DNA of 64,000 nt from a virus. The first letter of the stretch is position 1, and each line of letters begins with the position of its first letter. The notes beneath the pieces are model-generated. The model saw only the letters and a list, made by a program, of their open reading frames with translations. It was not told the DNA's origin and searched no databases. The position numbers and the translations under genes are program-made. The stretch covers positions 8,155 to 72,154 of IMG/VR virus record IMGVR_UViG_3300003267_000287, one strand, 5' to 3'. Positions 45,189 to 56,200 of this stretch are shown here, piece after piece.

Positions 45189-45733
45189 CCAGATCCGAGT
45201 TCCAGCGGGGGCCCGCCCAGGATCATTACCACGACACGCTCGGCGTCGACGAGACGACGCCGTCTGGCGGCTTGCCGACGACGTGGGCCGTCGACGACAG
45301 GTCCATCAGCGTCGACGGTCGGGTTGACATCTACGGTTACGACGTCGAGTTTGACAACGGCCAACTGCTCTTCGGTGCTGACTCATACGCTGTCATCTCC
45401 GTTGGCGACACCCAGGTCGAGCTCACCCAGGACCGCCTGGCCTTCACCGCTGGCGAGTCTGGATTCGACCTGAGCCAGGGTGGGGATCGCCAGACCACGC
45501 TGGTCATTTCGCCCGACGTCCCGACCGGACCGTCGAACGGTCGCCTCTGGCTCCAGATCAATCCCGGATCCGGGATCGGTCGGCTGTGGATTCATGGGGA
45601 CGGCGCGTGGCACCGCCTCCTGACCGACAGCCCCGCCTACTGGGGCAACTTGCCCCAGACCGACCCAGCGGTGTTCGGCGAGCTCTGGGTTGATCCGAAC
45701 GCCGACCACGTCGTCAAGGTGAGCCAGGGATGA
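45185..45733 (+). CDS. Beta-rich fibre-like protein with shared leader
   Basis: Shared 21-aa leader; C-terminal LP.TDP...G.LW...KVS.G. Confidence 0.65.
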   Translation: MTRSEFQRGPAQDHYHDTLGVDETTPSGGLPTTWAVDDRSISVDGRVDIYGYDVEFDNGQLLFGADSYAVISVGDTQVELTQDRLAFTAGESGFDLSQGGDRQTTLVISPDVPTGPSNGRLWLQINPGSGIGRLWIHGDGAWHRLLTDSPAYWGNLPQTDPAVFGELWVDPNADHVVKVSQG

Positions 45734-45927
45734 GCGAGGTCGTCTTCCGCGACGGGAAGCGTGAGGTCCCGAACCATCTGGCTGCGTTGATGAGCGAGCT
45801 CGACACCTACAAGCTGACCTACGAGGAGGCGGTCGCCGCCGCCAACAAGAAGCTCGTGTCGGATCACCTGGACAAGACGTTCGGGAAGATCGTCTCCCAG
45901 CACTTCGAGAACTGGCGGAGCCGATGA
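45730..45927 (+). CDS. Hypothetical protein
   Basis: ATGA overlaps on both sides. Confidence 0.55.
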   Translation: MSEVVFRDGKREVPNHLAALMSELDTYKLTYEEAVAAANKKLVSDHLDKTFGKIVSQHFENWRSR

Positions 45928-47261
45928 GTTGGATTGGCGAAGTCTGGAAGGCGGCGACCCGTCAGTCCAGTCCGAAGAACGTCCCGGCCTCGTCCGCGCT
46001 CGTCATGCAGGAGCGTGGCCGGGTCGCCAAAGCGAACGTCCAGCTCTTCCGTCACTGGGCTGAGCATTCGGAGTGGATCCGAGCGGCGATCAACGTCCGC
46101 AAGAACCAGGTCAGCTCGGCCGAGTGGGACATTGTCCCGTTCGATCCCCAGAAGCCGTACAGCGAAACGCTCAAGAACCAGATCAAGCAGATCTTCGACC
46201 GTCCCAACCCGTCAGCCGACAGCTTCCGCTCGTTCGTCGAGCCGGTTCTCGAAGACGTCCTGGTGCTCGATGCGGGCGTGGTCGAGAAGGTCAAGACGCT
46301 CCGCGGACAGGTCGCCCAGCTGTGGCCGGTCGATGGCGGGAAGATCCGCGTCAACTCGCTCTGGGACGGCGGAGAGGAGCCCCGGTACTACTGGTATCCG
46401 GACGGCTTCCTCCGGGCGGCGTTCAAGAACGAGGACATGCTCTACGTGATGGCCAACCCGGCGACGTACCGGGTGGTTGGCCTCGCTCCGCTCGAGACCC
46501 TGAAGCTGACCGTTGACGCGGAGCTGTCGGGGCATTCATACAACCACCGTCAGGTCGTGAACGCGGCCCCGGATGGAATGCTCGATCTCGGCGAGGGGGC
46601 TCGTCCGGAGCAGGTCGAGCAGTTCAAGTCCTATTGGTTCAACGAGGTCGCAGGCAAAGGCGCGATGGCCTTTGTCGGCGGAACGAAGAACGCCAAGTTC
46701 ATCCCGTTCCGCAGCTCGAACCGGGACATGCAGTTCCTCGAGTGGCAGCAGTACCTCGTTCGCAAGATCTGCGCGGTGTTCGGTCTCTCCCCCCAGGACC
46801 TCGGTCTGAGCTTTGATGTCAACCGAGCCAACGGCGAGGTTCTCCAGGAGAACACCGACGACCGCGGTATCCGACCCCTGATGGGCCTCCTCCAGGACTA
46901 TTTCACGCGGGAAATCGTCTGGGACGAGGGCTTCGGCGGATCGGACAACAACCTTGCCTTCCGGTTCACGCGCCTCAACCTGCGCGACTCGTTGGCTCAA
47001 GCCCAGGTCCAGAAGATCCAGCTCGCGGGTCTTCCGACACGCTCGATCAACGAAGTCCGCAAGGAGCAGGGCCTCGAGCCGTGGGGTCCCGAGTTCGACA
47101 TCCCGATGGTCGTGACCCCGACCGGCGCCGTCCGGCTCGACAAGGTTCCGACCGCGCAGGACGTCGTTGATGCAAAGCAGAAGCCGCCCGCCGGTTCGAC
47201 AGGAGCGCCCGCTGAGGGACGAGCTTCCTCCGGGTCGAGCAGCAAGGGCATCGAGGAGTAA
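45924..47261 (+). CDS. Portal protein, HK97 family
   Basis: PNP...F, LWPVD, GL.P, DMQFLE, IC.VFG..P..LG, NEVR...GL.P. Confidence 0.92.
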   Translation: MSWIGEVWKAATRQSSPKNVPASSALVMQERGRVAKANVQLFRHWAEHSEWIRAAINVRKNQVSSAEWDIVPFDPQKPYSETLKNQIKQIFDRPNPSADSFRSFVEPVLEDVLVLDAGVVEKVKTLRGQVAQLWPVDGGKIRVNSLWDGGEEPRYYWYPDGFLRAAFKNEDMLYVMANPATYRVVGLAPLETLKLTVDAELSGHSYNHRQVVNAAPDGMLDLGEGARPEQVEQFKSYWFNEVAGKGAMAFVGGTKNAKFIPFRSSNRDMQFLEWQQYLVRKICAVFGLSPQDLGLSFDVNRANGEVLQENTDDRGIRPLMGLLQDYFTREIVWDEGFGGSDNNLAFRFTRLNLRDSLAQAQVQKIQLAGLPTRSINEVRKEQGLEPWGPEFDIPMVVTPTGAVRLDKVPTAQDVVDAKQKPPAGSTGAPAEGRASSGSSSKGIEE

Positions 47262-47264
47262 CCA

Positions 47265-47750
47265 ATGGCTGCGTCTCTCTCCCTCCGGGTGTACACGAGC
47301 ACCGGCCCGACCGAGTCGAGCTCGGTCTCGGGCGCCGACCTGATCAGCGCGGACAACGCGACCAACTCGCTGGCCAACCGCCAGGCGAACCCGATCACGG
47401 TCGGCACGAACAGCTACGAGAAGTGGCTCAAGCTCAAGATCGACACCGCCCCCGCCAACGCCGTCACCAACTTCAAGATCTGGGGCGACGGCGCGGTGCA
47501 GACCTCGACCACGCTCGTCTTCACCGCCGCGTACGTGACCTATCAGCAGGGCACGACCGCGAGCTCGACGATCGCGAACACCACGTTCACGAACTTCACG
47601 TCGGGCAACAAGGCGACCTGGGACAGCGCGTCCTACAGCGCGACGAACGCCACGACCAAGTTCGTCGTCTTCCAGCTCCAGGTCGACGCGACCGCTCCGG
47701 CGGGCAACTGGACCCAGGAGACCGTCAACTACAGCTACGACGAGACGTAG
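47265..47750 (+). CDS. Virion structural protein (decoration-like)
   Basis: Thr/Ser-rich beta protein; NSYEKW...YSYDE. Confidence 0.55.
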   Translation: MAASLSLRVYTSTGPTESSSVSGADLISADNATNSLANRQANPITVGTNSYEKWLKLKIDTAPANAVTNFKIWGDGAVQTSTTLVFTAAYVTYQQGTTASSTIANTTFTNFTSGNKATWDSASYSATNATTKFVVFQLQVDATAPAGNWTQETVNYSYDET

Positions 47751-47752
47751 AA

Positions 47753-47842
47753 ATGGACTGGCGATGGCTGGCCGTTCTGTTGCTCGTTCTGATCGTGCTG
47801 GTGTTGATCGGCGCGGTCCATTTCAGCTTCTCGGTCGGATAA
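47753..47842 (+). CDS. 29-aa single-TM peptide
   Basis: MDWRWLAVLLLVLIVLVLIGAVHFSFSVG. Confidence 0.45.
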   Translation: MDWRWLAVLLLVLIVLVLIGAVHFSFSVG

Positions 47843-47862
47843 GCCGCTGGCGAGGAGGGAAT

Positions 47863-48543
47863 GTGTCGCTCGCCGTGCTCTGCCCCTCACGGGGTAGACC
47901 GGACAAAGCGGTCGAGTGCTATCGGTCGTTCCTCGATACGAAGCACTCGGCCGACACCGAAATGCTGTTCGTCCTCGATGCCGACGACGACTTCGATTCG
48001 TATGCTGGGCTTCCATCGATCGTCGTGATGCCGACCGGTCGTCGCGGGATGACCGATCCGGTGAACACCGCCATCCGGAGCCTGTGGGATCGCTATGACA
48101 TCGTCGGGTTCGTGGGAGACGACCATCGATTTCGGACCTCCGGCTGGGACCGCGTCTTCGTGGACCAGCTCGGACGGGCCGGTGGGGGCCTCGTTTACGG
48201 TAACGACAAGAACTGGCGGGACGGAGAGATCCCAACCCAGATCTTCGGTTCGGCCGCCATCTGGCGAGCCCTCGGCTGGATGGCGCTTCCAGCTTGTCAG
48301 CACCTCTATCTCGACAACGCCTGGCGTCACATCGGGGAGTCCCTGGAGCGGCTCTATTACTTCCCGGACGTGATCATCGAGCACATGCACCCGGCCTACG
48401 CGAAAGCGGAGTGGGACGAAGGCTATCGAGCTGTGAACAGCTCGGAGATGTACAACCACGATCGCGCGGCGTTCGAAGACTGGGTCGCTGGCTCCGCCTC
48501 GGAGGATCTCGACCGTGTCCGACGCGCCCTCGATCTCGCCTGA
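47863..48543 (+). CDS. Glycosyltransferase, GT-A fold
   Basis: LAVLCPSRGRP, VLD.DD, GDDH, HLY.DN, IEH.HP. Confidence 0.8.
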   Translation: MSLAVLCPSRGRPDKAVECYRSFLDTKHSADTEMLFVLDADDDFDSYAGLPSIVVMPTGRRGMTDPVNTAIRSLWDRYDIVGFVGDDHRFRTSGWDRVFVDQLGRAGGGLVYGNDKNWRDGEIPTQIFGSAAIWRALGWMALPACQHLYLDNAWRHIGESLERLYYFPDVIIEHMHPAYAKAEWDEGYRAVNSSEMYNHDRAAFEDWVAGSASEDLDRVRRALDLA

Positions 48544-49312
48544 TCTGGCGATCATCACCGAGCAATCAGGGATCCCCGTTCCCAACCCCACGCCGTACAG
48601 CACGATCACCGTCGCGCTCGTGGCCTGGAACGAGGAAGCGCGCCTCGAGCCGCTCCTGATCTATCTCCGACCGTGGTTCGAGAAGATCGCGGTCGGCGTC
48701 CAGGCCAGCACCGATCGGACAGCGGAGATCGCGTCGGAGTACGCCGACATCCTGGTCTTCGATGATCACCGGGGCTTTGGCGATGCGACCTTCGGGCCGC
48801 GGCTCCTGCCCCAGGTCCGATCAGAGTGGACCCTCAAGGTGGACTGCGATGAGATCCCCAGTGCTGATCTTCTGGACTCGCTCGGATCTGCGATCTGGCG
48901 AGCCGATCAGATCGGGCTCGACGGCTTCTGGATCCCCTTCCGGAGCGCCGTCGACGGCCAGGAGTACGAGGAGCAGCACAGCCATCTCCGCCTCTTTCGA
49001 ACGCGAATTGGCTGGCCTGGAACGCTCCATTCGCGGCCGATGACCCAGAACACCGAGCTCTGGAACGTCGGGTATTTCCGCCACGATCGGACGCTCGACG
49101 AAATGATGCAGGACTACCTGCGGTACTGGCATGTCGGGCGGGGACACTCGAGCTGGGAAGCTCACAACGCCGCGATGATGTTTCACGCCTGTCGCGGCAC
49201 CGCCGAAGCCAAGGGCTGGGACTACGTTCAGTCGTTCAGCTGGTGGCCCGAGGTGGAGTCCATCGCCTTCACCTCAGAGAAGCCGTGGCTCACGGCAGAA
49301 GGAGTTCACTAA
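48515..49312 (+). CDS. Glycosyltransferase family 2
   Basis: I.V..VA.NEE..L, STDRT.EIA, W.L.VDCDE, RLFR, LH. Confidence 0.85.
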   Translation: MSDAPSISPDLAIITEQSGIPVPNPTPYSTITVALVAWNEEARLEPLLIYLRPWFEKIAVGVQASTDRTAEIASEYADILVFDDHRGFGDATFGPRLLPQVRSEWTLKVDCDEIPSADLLDSLGSAIWRADQIGLDGFWIPFRSAVDGQEYEEQHSHLRLFRTRIGWPGTLHSRPMTQNTELWNVGYFRHDRTLDEMMQDYLRYWHVGRGHSSWEAHNAAMMFHACRGTAEAKGWDYVQSFSWWPEVESIAFTSEKPWLTAEGVH

Positions 49313-49638
49313 TGGCAGCTTCGATCGACATCGTCCCGGCGTCGGGCAGCGTTGTCTCGACGTCCTCGGCGTGCCGCGTGGAAGTGACCGGCGCTGATCA
49401 GAACGACGACAGCGCCTACACGACGGCGGTCTATCCCCAGAGCCCCGAGATGCGCTACTACCTGACGTTCGAGAAGTCCTCGACGATCCTCGGCAAGAGC
49501 TACGTCTTCGGGGTCAACGAGGACGGTGACCACACCTTCAACAACTACATCTTCCCATCCAGCGGGTCGTGGACCATCCGGCTCAACGACGCGTCGGATG
49601 ACTCGTCGGTCGCGACGAAGTCCGTCACCGTTTCCTGA
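49312..49638 (+). CDS. Small Ig-like virion protein
   Basis: Ser/Thr-rich; FP.SG.WTI.L...V.VS. Confidence 0.5.
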   Translation: MAASIDIVPASGSVVSTSSACRVEVTGADQNDDSAYTTAVYPQSPEMRYYLTFEKSSTILGKSYVFGVNEDGDHTFNNYIFPSSGSWTIRLNDASDDSSVATKSVTVS

Positions 49639-49643
49639 CTCGC

Positions 49644-49680
49644 GGGCCCGCTGGGTTCCTCCTGCTCAGCGGGCCCACTT
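49644..49680 (+). terminator. Hairpin/terminator
   Basis: GGGCCCGCTGGG...CTCAGCGGGCCC with a weak U tail. Confidence 0.4.
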
Positions 49681-49718
49681 GATAGGAGGACGGGAGGTCG
49701 GCCGATGAGGGAGGCCGG

Positions 49719-50687
49719 ATGGACGGTCCGATGAGCAACGTCCTGGTGACAGGCGCCGCCGGGTTTCTTGGGCGTTGGTTTGTTCGAGCGCACCTGAAGC
49801 GCGGCGACTTCGTCATTGGCGTCGATGATCTGTCGAACCCGCACTCCTATTGGCCAGACGAGCTTGATCCACTTCGCCGCTACCAACTCGATGCAGCGAC
49901 CTGGTTCGGGCGTGGGATCGGCCTCGCTCCCCAGGACCAGATCGGGCTGGTCAAGTGGGACATCGTCTACCACTTCGCGGCCCCTGTCGGCGGCCGCCTG
50001 AAGATCGAGTACGACCCGCTGTTCAACGCGAACAGCCTGGCCCTCGACTCACTGTTCTTCCGCTGGGCGGTCGAGCGAGCCGCGATCGCGGTCTATCCGT
50101 CATCGTCGGCGGTCTACGGAGTGGCCCTTCAGGAGGGGTCGGGCCAGCTTCTCCGCGAGGGCGACTTCAACCCAGAGGACGCCAGCTGGATGGCGCCTGA
50201 CGAGATCTACGGTCTGACCAAGCTGGTCGGCGAATATCTCGCCTGGAAATCCGCGAAGTACGGCCTGAATACGCTGTGTATTCGCCCGTTCAGTGGATAT
50301 GGACCGGAGCAATCGCTCGAATATCCGATCCCGTCCATCCTGAAGCGCGCCAAGAACCGCGAGGACCCCCTCGTTGTCTGGGGAACCGGTGAACAGCGGC
50401 GCGACTTCATCTACGTCGAGGACCTGGTCAACGCCACGCTCGCTCGACTCGATGCCGGAGTCCGGGGCTACCGGGCGATGAACATCGGCACCGGCAAGGG
50501 CGTCTCGTTCCGCCAGATCGCGCAAGCCGCGGCCAAGATCGCGGGCTACAGCCCGCAGATCCAGGTCGACCTGTCGAAACCGGCTGGGGTCAGTAGCCGA
50601 TATGGCTCACCGGCCCTCATGCACCGCTTCTACACTCCATCTGTTTCCCTGGAAGAGGGCTTGGCCAGGGTGATGGAGGGGCTGTAA
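49719..50687 (+). CDS. NAD-dependent NDP-sugar epimerase/dehydratase
   Basis: VTGAAGFLG, HFAA, SSSAVYG, YGLTK, R.F..YGP, RDFIYV.D, NIGTG. Confidence 0.92.
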   Translation: MDGPMSNVLVTGAAGFLGRWFVRAHLKRGDFVIGVDDLSNPHSYWPDELDPLRRYQLDAATWFGRGIGLAPQDQIGLVKWDIVYHFAAPVGGRLKIEYDPLFNANSLALDSLFFRWAVERAAIAVYPSSSAVYGVALQEGSGQLLREGDFNPEDASWMAPDEIYGLTKLVGEYLAWKSAKYGLNTLCIRPFSGYGPEQSLEYPIPSILKRAKNREDPLVVWGTGEQRRDFIYVEDLVNATLARLDAGVRGYRAMNIGTGKGVSFRQIAQAAAKIAGYSPQIQVDLSKPAGVSSRYGSPALMHRFYTPSVSLEEGLARVMEGL

Positions 50688-51535
50688 TGCCACAGGTTGT
50701 CCGTCTCGAGTCGTCTCCGGGCGGGGATCTTCAGATCCTGACGGGCCGTCGGCCCGGTGAGGCGATCGGAACCATCGCGATCCCGACCCGGGATCACGTC
50801 TCGGCGCCGCTGTTCATCAGCTTGATGAACACCGACTGGTCGTTCCTCGGCCCGAACGAGTGCGTCAACTGGTCGATCGTCCAGGGCTCGATGTTGCCGA
50901 CGCAACGAAACGAGCTCGTCCAGCGGATGATCGGTGACTGGATCCTGTTCATCGACTCCGACATGGTCTTCGGGGTCGACGCCATCAAGCGGATCGTCGC
51001 CGTCCGAGACGAGCACGATCTCGACATGGTCGGCGGGCTGTGCTTCCAGCGGGTTGAGCCCCACCAGCCGACGCTGTACATGCGCGAGCAGCCCACCGAG
51101 GGCGGCTACAGCTTCCTCGAACGCTGGGACAGCGATCTCGTCGAGGTCGACGGGACCGGGATGGCGTTCATGCTCATCCACAAGCGGGTGTTCGAGCGGA
51201 TCGTGCGGGTGTTCGACGAGCGCCCCTCGTTCGTCTGGCCACCCCACGAGGAGCGGATCCGGACCAGGCCACCGGAGTTCTTCCGCTGGATCGGGAATGT
51301 CGGAGAGGATCTTCGGTTCTGCCAGGACGCCAAGGCGTCGGGCAGTCGGATTTTCGTCGACACCCGCATCGAAATTGGCCACGTCGGAACGGAGACGATC
51401 AACCGAACCACCTTCCTTCGGAGTCTCGCGACCCGAAATCGCGAGGCCGAGCGCGCTCGACAGCAACTCAACGATCGGCTGGGATTGCCGACGATGACAG
51501 CGGACGAGGCGCGAGGAGCACTCGGCCTTGAGTGA
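50687..51535 (+). CDS. Glycosyltransferase, GT-A fold
   Basis: IAIPT, RN.LV, LFIDSDM, G..FMLI...VF, GED..FC, IGHVG. Confidence 0.85.
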   Translation: MPQVVRLESSPGGDLQILTGRRPGEAIGTIAIPTRDHVSAPLFISLMNTDWSFLGPNECVNWSIVQGSMLPTQRNELVQRMIGDWILFIDSDMVFGVDAIKRIVAVRDEHDLDMVGGLCFQRVEPHQPTLYMREQPTEGGYSFLERWDSDLVEVDGTGMAFMLIHKRVFERIVRVFDERPSFVWPPHEERIRTRPPEFFRWIGNVGEDLRFCQDAKASGSRIFVDTRIEIGHVGTETINRTTFLRSLATRNREAERARQQLNDRLGLPTMTADEARGALGLE

Positions 51536-51923
51536 GATGGTGTTTCTGGGAACGACGCCGTACTTCCTAGTCCTGAGCGCCGAAGACGACGGGATCCACA
51601 TCGACCTCGACGAGCCCCAGTGGGCGACGACGTACGCCGAGTGGATGCGTCGTCCGTGCGTCTGGTTCCTCGTCCACAAGGAGACCCAGCAGCCGCTGCT
51701 CGCGGTCTGGGTCCATGAGGGCGACCAGCCCTACTACACCGCCCGCCACGTCGGGATTACGAGCTCGGCCGGTGGCAACGAGATCACCGCGTACGGGATC
51801 GGCAAGAAGCGGCCGGACGGCTCGATGGTCCGGCTGTGGGCCATGCCCAACGGCACGATCTGCGGAGGGGATGACGTCGACGATCTCGGCGTCCGGATGG
51901 TGAAAGCCCTCGGACCCAGATAG
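51528..51923 (+). CDS. Hypothetical protein
   Basis: GAGGAG RBS; coupled. Confidence 0.55.
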   Translation: MSEMVFLGTTPYFLVLSAEDDGIHIDLDEPQWATTYAEWMRRPCVWFLVHKETQQPLLAVWVHEGDQPYYTARHVGITSSAGGNEITAYGIGKKRPDGSMVRLWAMPNGTICGGDDVDDLGVRMVKALGPR

Positions 51924-51934
51924 GAGGTGTCGCC

Positions 51935-52783
51935 ATGAGGCGACTCACCGCCGCCCTAAGTGCCGCGATCATCCTCGCGGCACTTTCGATTCAGACGGCA
52001 TTTGCTGCCGACCCTCCGGCCCCGACCACGGGGACGCCGTATGCGGGGCCCTGTCAGCAGGCCGAGTCCCAGGGCTGGTGGCGCAAGGACGGGATCACGA
52101 TCCCCTCCGCCGTCGGCGAGCACATCCACGTCGCGACCTGCATCCCCACGACCAAGGTCGATGGGACGATCACCCTCGCGGTCAAGGTCACCCAGCACAA
52201 CGGGACGGGCGCGATCAAGTGGCTTCGGGCTTGTCGCGAGTCCGACTACTGCCAGCGCTGGAGCACGAACTTCCCAGCCTGCGCTGACTGCTCTCAGACC
52301 TACTACCTGCCGATCAAGGTCGGAGCCTGGCCGACCGGCGTCGGCGAGCTCCGATTGACCGCCAACGTGACTCTCAACGGCGAGGGCAAGCGGCAGTTCC
52401 AGAGCACGGGCTGGCCGATCCCGGTCCGCTCCACCACCTGCTCCACCCGCTGCAACATCTTCTGGGAAGCGCGCGGCTGGTACGAGGGACACGGCTACCA
52501 GAACGCCCGACTGACCTCGGGGCCCGCGAACATCCGCTCCGGCGGTTCGATCAGCGTCCGACTCGACAAGGGGGCGGACGGGCTCACGACCAAGCTGGCT
52601 GGCGTCTACATCGATCCCGACTTCCATCACGGTTCGGCCGGGATCGTGGTGCACCAATGGGCCGCGGGCTACACGGGCTCGGTCACGCTCCCGACGCTCG
52701 CTCCAGGGCCACACAAGCTTGTCCTGATCGCGAGCGACGGACAGGACGCTGGGGTGCTCGCCATCCCGTTCCTCGTCCCATGA
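51935..52783 (+). CDS. Secreted Cys-rich protein
   Basis: Signal peptide ending AFA; multiple Cys; beta-rich. Confidence 0.65.
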   Translation: MRRLTAALSAAIILAALSIQTAFAADPPAPTTGTPYAGPCQQAESQGWWRKDGITIPSAVGEHIHVATCIPTTKVDGTITLAVKVTQHNGTGAIKWLRACRESDYCQRWSTNFPACADCSQTYYLPIKVGAWPTGVGELRLTANVTLNGEGKRQFQSTGWPIPVRSTTCSTRCNIFWEARGWYEGHGYQNARLTSGPANIRSGGSISVRLDKGADGLTTKLAGVYIDPDFHHGSAGIVVHQWAAGYTGSVTLPTLAPGPHKLVLIASDGQDAGVLAIPFLVP

Positions 52784-53100
52784 AGCGCCTGGTGATGGCG
52801 GTCGTCCTGGCCGCCACGCTGCTTGCCGCCAAGGCCCCAGCTCCAGCCTGCTCGATCACCCCGACGGCTGATCCAGCGGTCTGGACGTTGACGGCCTGGA
52901 ACCTTCCGACGAACGACGAGCTCGGGTTCTCGCCGGACCTCTATCCGATCATGGGCGTCTCTGCGCCGACCGGAACGCTCACCCGGGACTGGTGGTACCC
53001 ACAGGTCTACGTCTGGGAACGCGGCGGTGGCAAGAGCCTGATCAAGCCCGGACCGGGCCTGAACGACTACCACGTCATCGCGTTCTGCTCAGCGACATAG
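52780..53100 (+). CDS. Small secreted protein
   Basis: MKRLVMAVVLAATLLAA signal peptide; ATGA overlap. Confidence 0.55.
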   Translation: MKRLVMAVVLAATLLAAKAPAPACSITPTADPAVWTLTAWNLPTNDELGFSPDLYPIMGVSAPTGTLTRDWWYPQVYVWERGGGKSLIKPGPGLNDYHVIAFCSAT

Positions 53101-53182
53101 CATGACCGTTCGCCGCAATCCAATGCGGCAGACATCTGAGGCAATCCCATGCCGACCATGACCTCTCAGCTGAACAGCGTCC

Positions 53183-53210
53183 ACGCCCCGGGTGACCCCC
53201 GGGGCGTTTT
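53183..53210 (+). terminator. Intrinsic terminator
   Basis: ACGCCCCGGG/CCCGGGGCGT stem followed by TTT. Confidence 0.6.
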
Positions 53211-53230
53211 CGTGTGCCCGGTGAACTGAC

Positions 53231-56200
53231 ATGGCCGTCGCGCTTGTTGGGACCATCGGAACCGCGACCCAGGGCACGTCCGGGAACTCAGTTTCCCCGA
53301 CCTTCGGTGCGTCGGAAAACCGGACCGCGGGCAACCTGCTGGTGTGCTTCGTCACGGTCACTGGCACCGCGACGCTCCCAGCGACGCCAGCCGGTTGGGC
53401 GGTGGCCGTCCAGCGCGCGGGTACTTCGTGTAGCACCACGATCTTCATTCGAACGGCCGAGGGATCGGACGCTGCACCGACGATCGGCGGCGTCACCAGC
53501 GGCATCATCGCGGCCCAGCTCGCGGAATACAGCGGCGCCCTGACGACGGTCAATCAGTCAGGCAACAACGTCGGCACCGCGAGCCCGGTGACCGCCACCA
53601 ACGGTGGGGCCGACACGGCCACGGCCTCGTTGATCGTGATGGCGTCGGCCGACCGCCGCAGCACAGGTCGCGCCCCGAGCGATACGTGGACGTCGAACCA
53701 CGTCACGACCGTCACCCAGGCCGGAAACAACAACGCCGCCTCGAGTACCGACCATTACTCGTTCGGCTACGGCACGACGAACAGCAACACCGGCGCCGAC
53801 ACCGTCACGATCACGCTGTCGAACACCCAGAACATCACAGGCATCGCCGTTGTCGATGCGGTCTTTCGACCTGGCAATACGGTCCTTTCAACGAAGACCC
53901 TCGACGCGATCCTCAAGGCCACGCCATCGGCGACGTTCGCCCTTGACGCCGTCCTCAAGAAGACCCAGAGCGCGACCTTCACGCTCAACGCGGTCATCCT
54001 CAAGACTCAGTCGACGTCACTCGCTCTCGACGCGGTGGTTTTCAAGACCACTGCGGCGACGTTCGCCCTTGATGCCGACATCTTCAAGACGACGAGCGCC
54101 ACCTTCACGCTCAACGCGGTCCTCAAGAAGACCCAGAGCGCGACGCTCACCCTCGACGCCGTCCTGTTCAAGACCACGTCCGCGACCTTCACGCTCAACG
54201 CGATCAAGCGCACGACGACGTCCTCGTCGTTCACGTTCAACGCCTGCATCGCAAAGCTCCTGTGGAGCGACGACTGGAACCGAACGACGTCGACCGGCTA
54301 CCTCGGCGGCACCTGGGTCCCGTTCAACGCCTCGGTCATCGACTACAACCTGCCCGACTTCCTGCCCGATGTCTCGGTCAACGGCTCGGTGCTGCGCTTC
54401 ACCCACAACGAACAGATCGAATGGCGCGGTGGACCGAAGATCAACAGCGGCCGGTTCCGGTTCGACCTCCGGACGCCTGACACCGATCCGCCGCATTCAG
54501 GCAGCGCGATCGTCGTGGCGAACGTCGTCCTGAAGTGGCTCCAGTTCCAGGTGATTTGGCGCCACGACGCGGTCAACTCGTTCACCCTCGGGTCGGACGT
54601 TGCTGACCTGACGATGCCGTCGTTCACGGCAGGGACCTGGTACACGTTCGAGGCTGGCTTCGCCCAGTCGAGTGCGGGCAATGGCTACCGCGAAACGCTG
54701 CGGATCTGGGAGCGGGGCAACACCGCGACCACGATCGAGCTCCAAACCACGATCAACGCGTCCAATCCGACTCCGTACTCGGATACGTCGGTTGGCAACC
54801 TGACTCTCGACGGGTTCAGCAACGGGGTTGAATTCCAGCTCGACAACTTCGAGTTGTACAGCTCCGTGACATCGCTGACCGAGTTCAGCGGTCTCGTTCT
54901 CAACTCGATCCTACGGACGATCAACAGCGCCAGCTTCACGTTCGACGCTGTTGTTCTGCGGACAGCCGCGGCCACATTCGCGCTGGACTCGGTGTTGTTC
55001 AAGACCCAGTCCGCGACGTTCGCCCTCGACGCCGTCGTCGCAGGTGGCGCCGCCACCCAGACGGGTAGCTACGCGCTCGACGCTGTCCTGTTCAAGACCC
55101 AGGCCGCGTCGTTTGTCCTCGACTCGGTCCTGCTCAAGACGCAGTCGGCAACGTTCGCGCTCGATGCGATTCGGCTCCGCACGACGAGCGCAACGTTCGC
55201 TCTCGATGCCGTCCTCTTCCGAACGACCAGCGCCAGCACCACGCTGGACGCCATCCTGTTCAAGACCCAGGTCGCGACGTTCAGCCTGGACGCCGTTCTC
55301 AAGCGGACCGCGTCGGCCACGTTCGCTCTCGACGCCATCGTCTTCCGAACAACGACGAGCTCGTTCGCGCTCGACGCGGTCCTGTTCAAGACCGCATCGG
55401 CGAGCTTCACGCTGGACGCGATCCGCCTCCGGACGACCAGCGCCACGTTCACCTTCGACGCCTGGCTGCTGCGTGTCGAAACCCGGACGGCGACGCTCGA
55501 TGCCGTCCTGTTCAAGACGCAGAGCGCGACCTTCTCGCTGAACGCGGTGATCATGCCGCGGGCGACGCTCGACGCGATCGTCCGGCGGATCGAGACGCGC
55601 AGCTACACGATCGACGCGATCGTCATGCCACGGGCGACGCTGGACGCCGTCCTGCGCCGCACAGAGTCGTCAACGTTCACCCTGAGTGCCTTTATCGCTG
55701 GGGTCGGGACGTTCGCGACCAGCCTCGACGCGGTCATTCTCCGGACCCAGTCCGCCACGCGCACGCTGGATGCGGTTCTGCTCCGCACAGAAACACGGTC
55801 GTTCGCGCTCGACTCGGTGATTTCCCGCACACAAACCGGGTCATTCAGCACAGACGCTATTGCCAAGCGCACACAGACCGCTACACTGACGCTCGACGCG
55901 GTCATTCTCCGCGTTGACGCCGCGAGCTTCACGCTCAACGCCGTACAACTGAAGACAGCGATTGCCCAGGCATCACTGGACGCAGTGTTCCGGGCAACCC
56001 GAACGGCCGGGTTCACACTGGACTCGGTCGTTCGTTCGTCTCAGACGGCCAGCGGCACCCTCGACGCGGTTCTCAAGAAGACCCAGTCGGCGAGTTTCTC
56101 GTTCGACGCGCAGATCTTTGCCGCGGGCGTCTTCACGCTCGGCCTCGATGCCGTCCTGAAGGCGACGCAGAGCGCGTCGTACACCCTCAACGCAATCACG

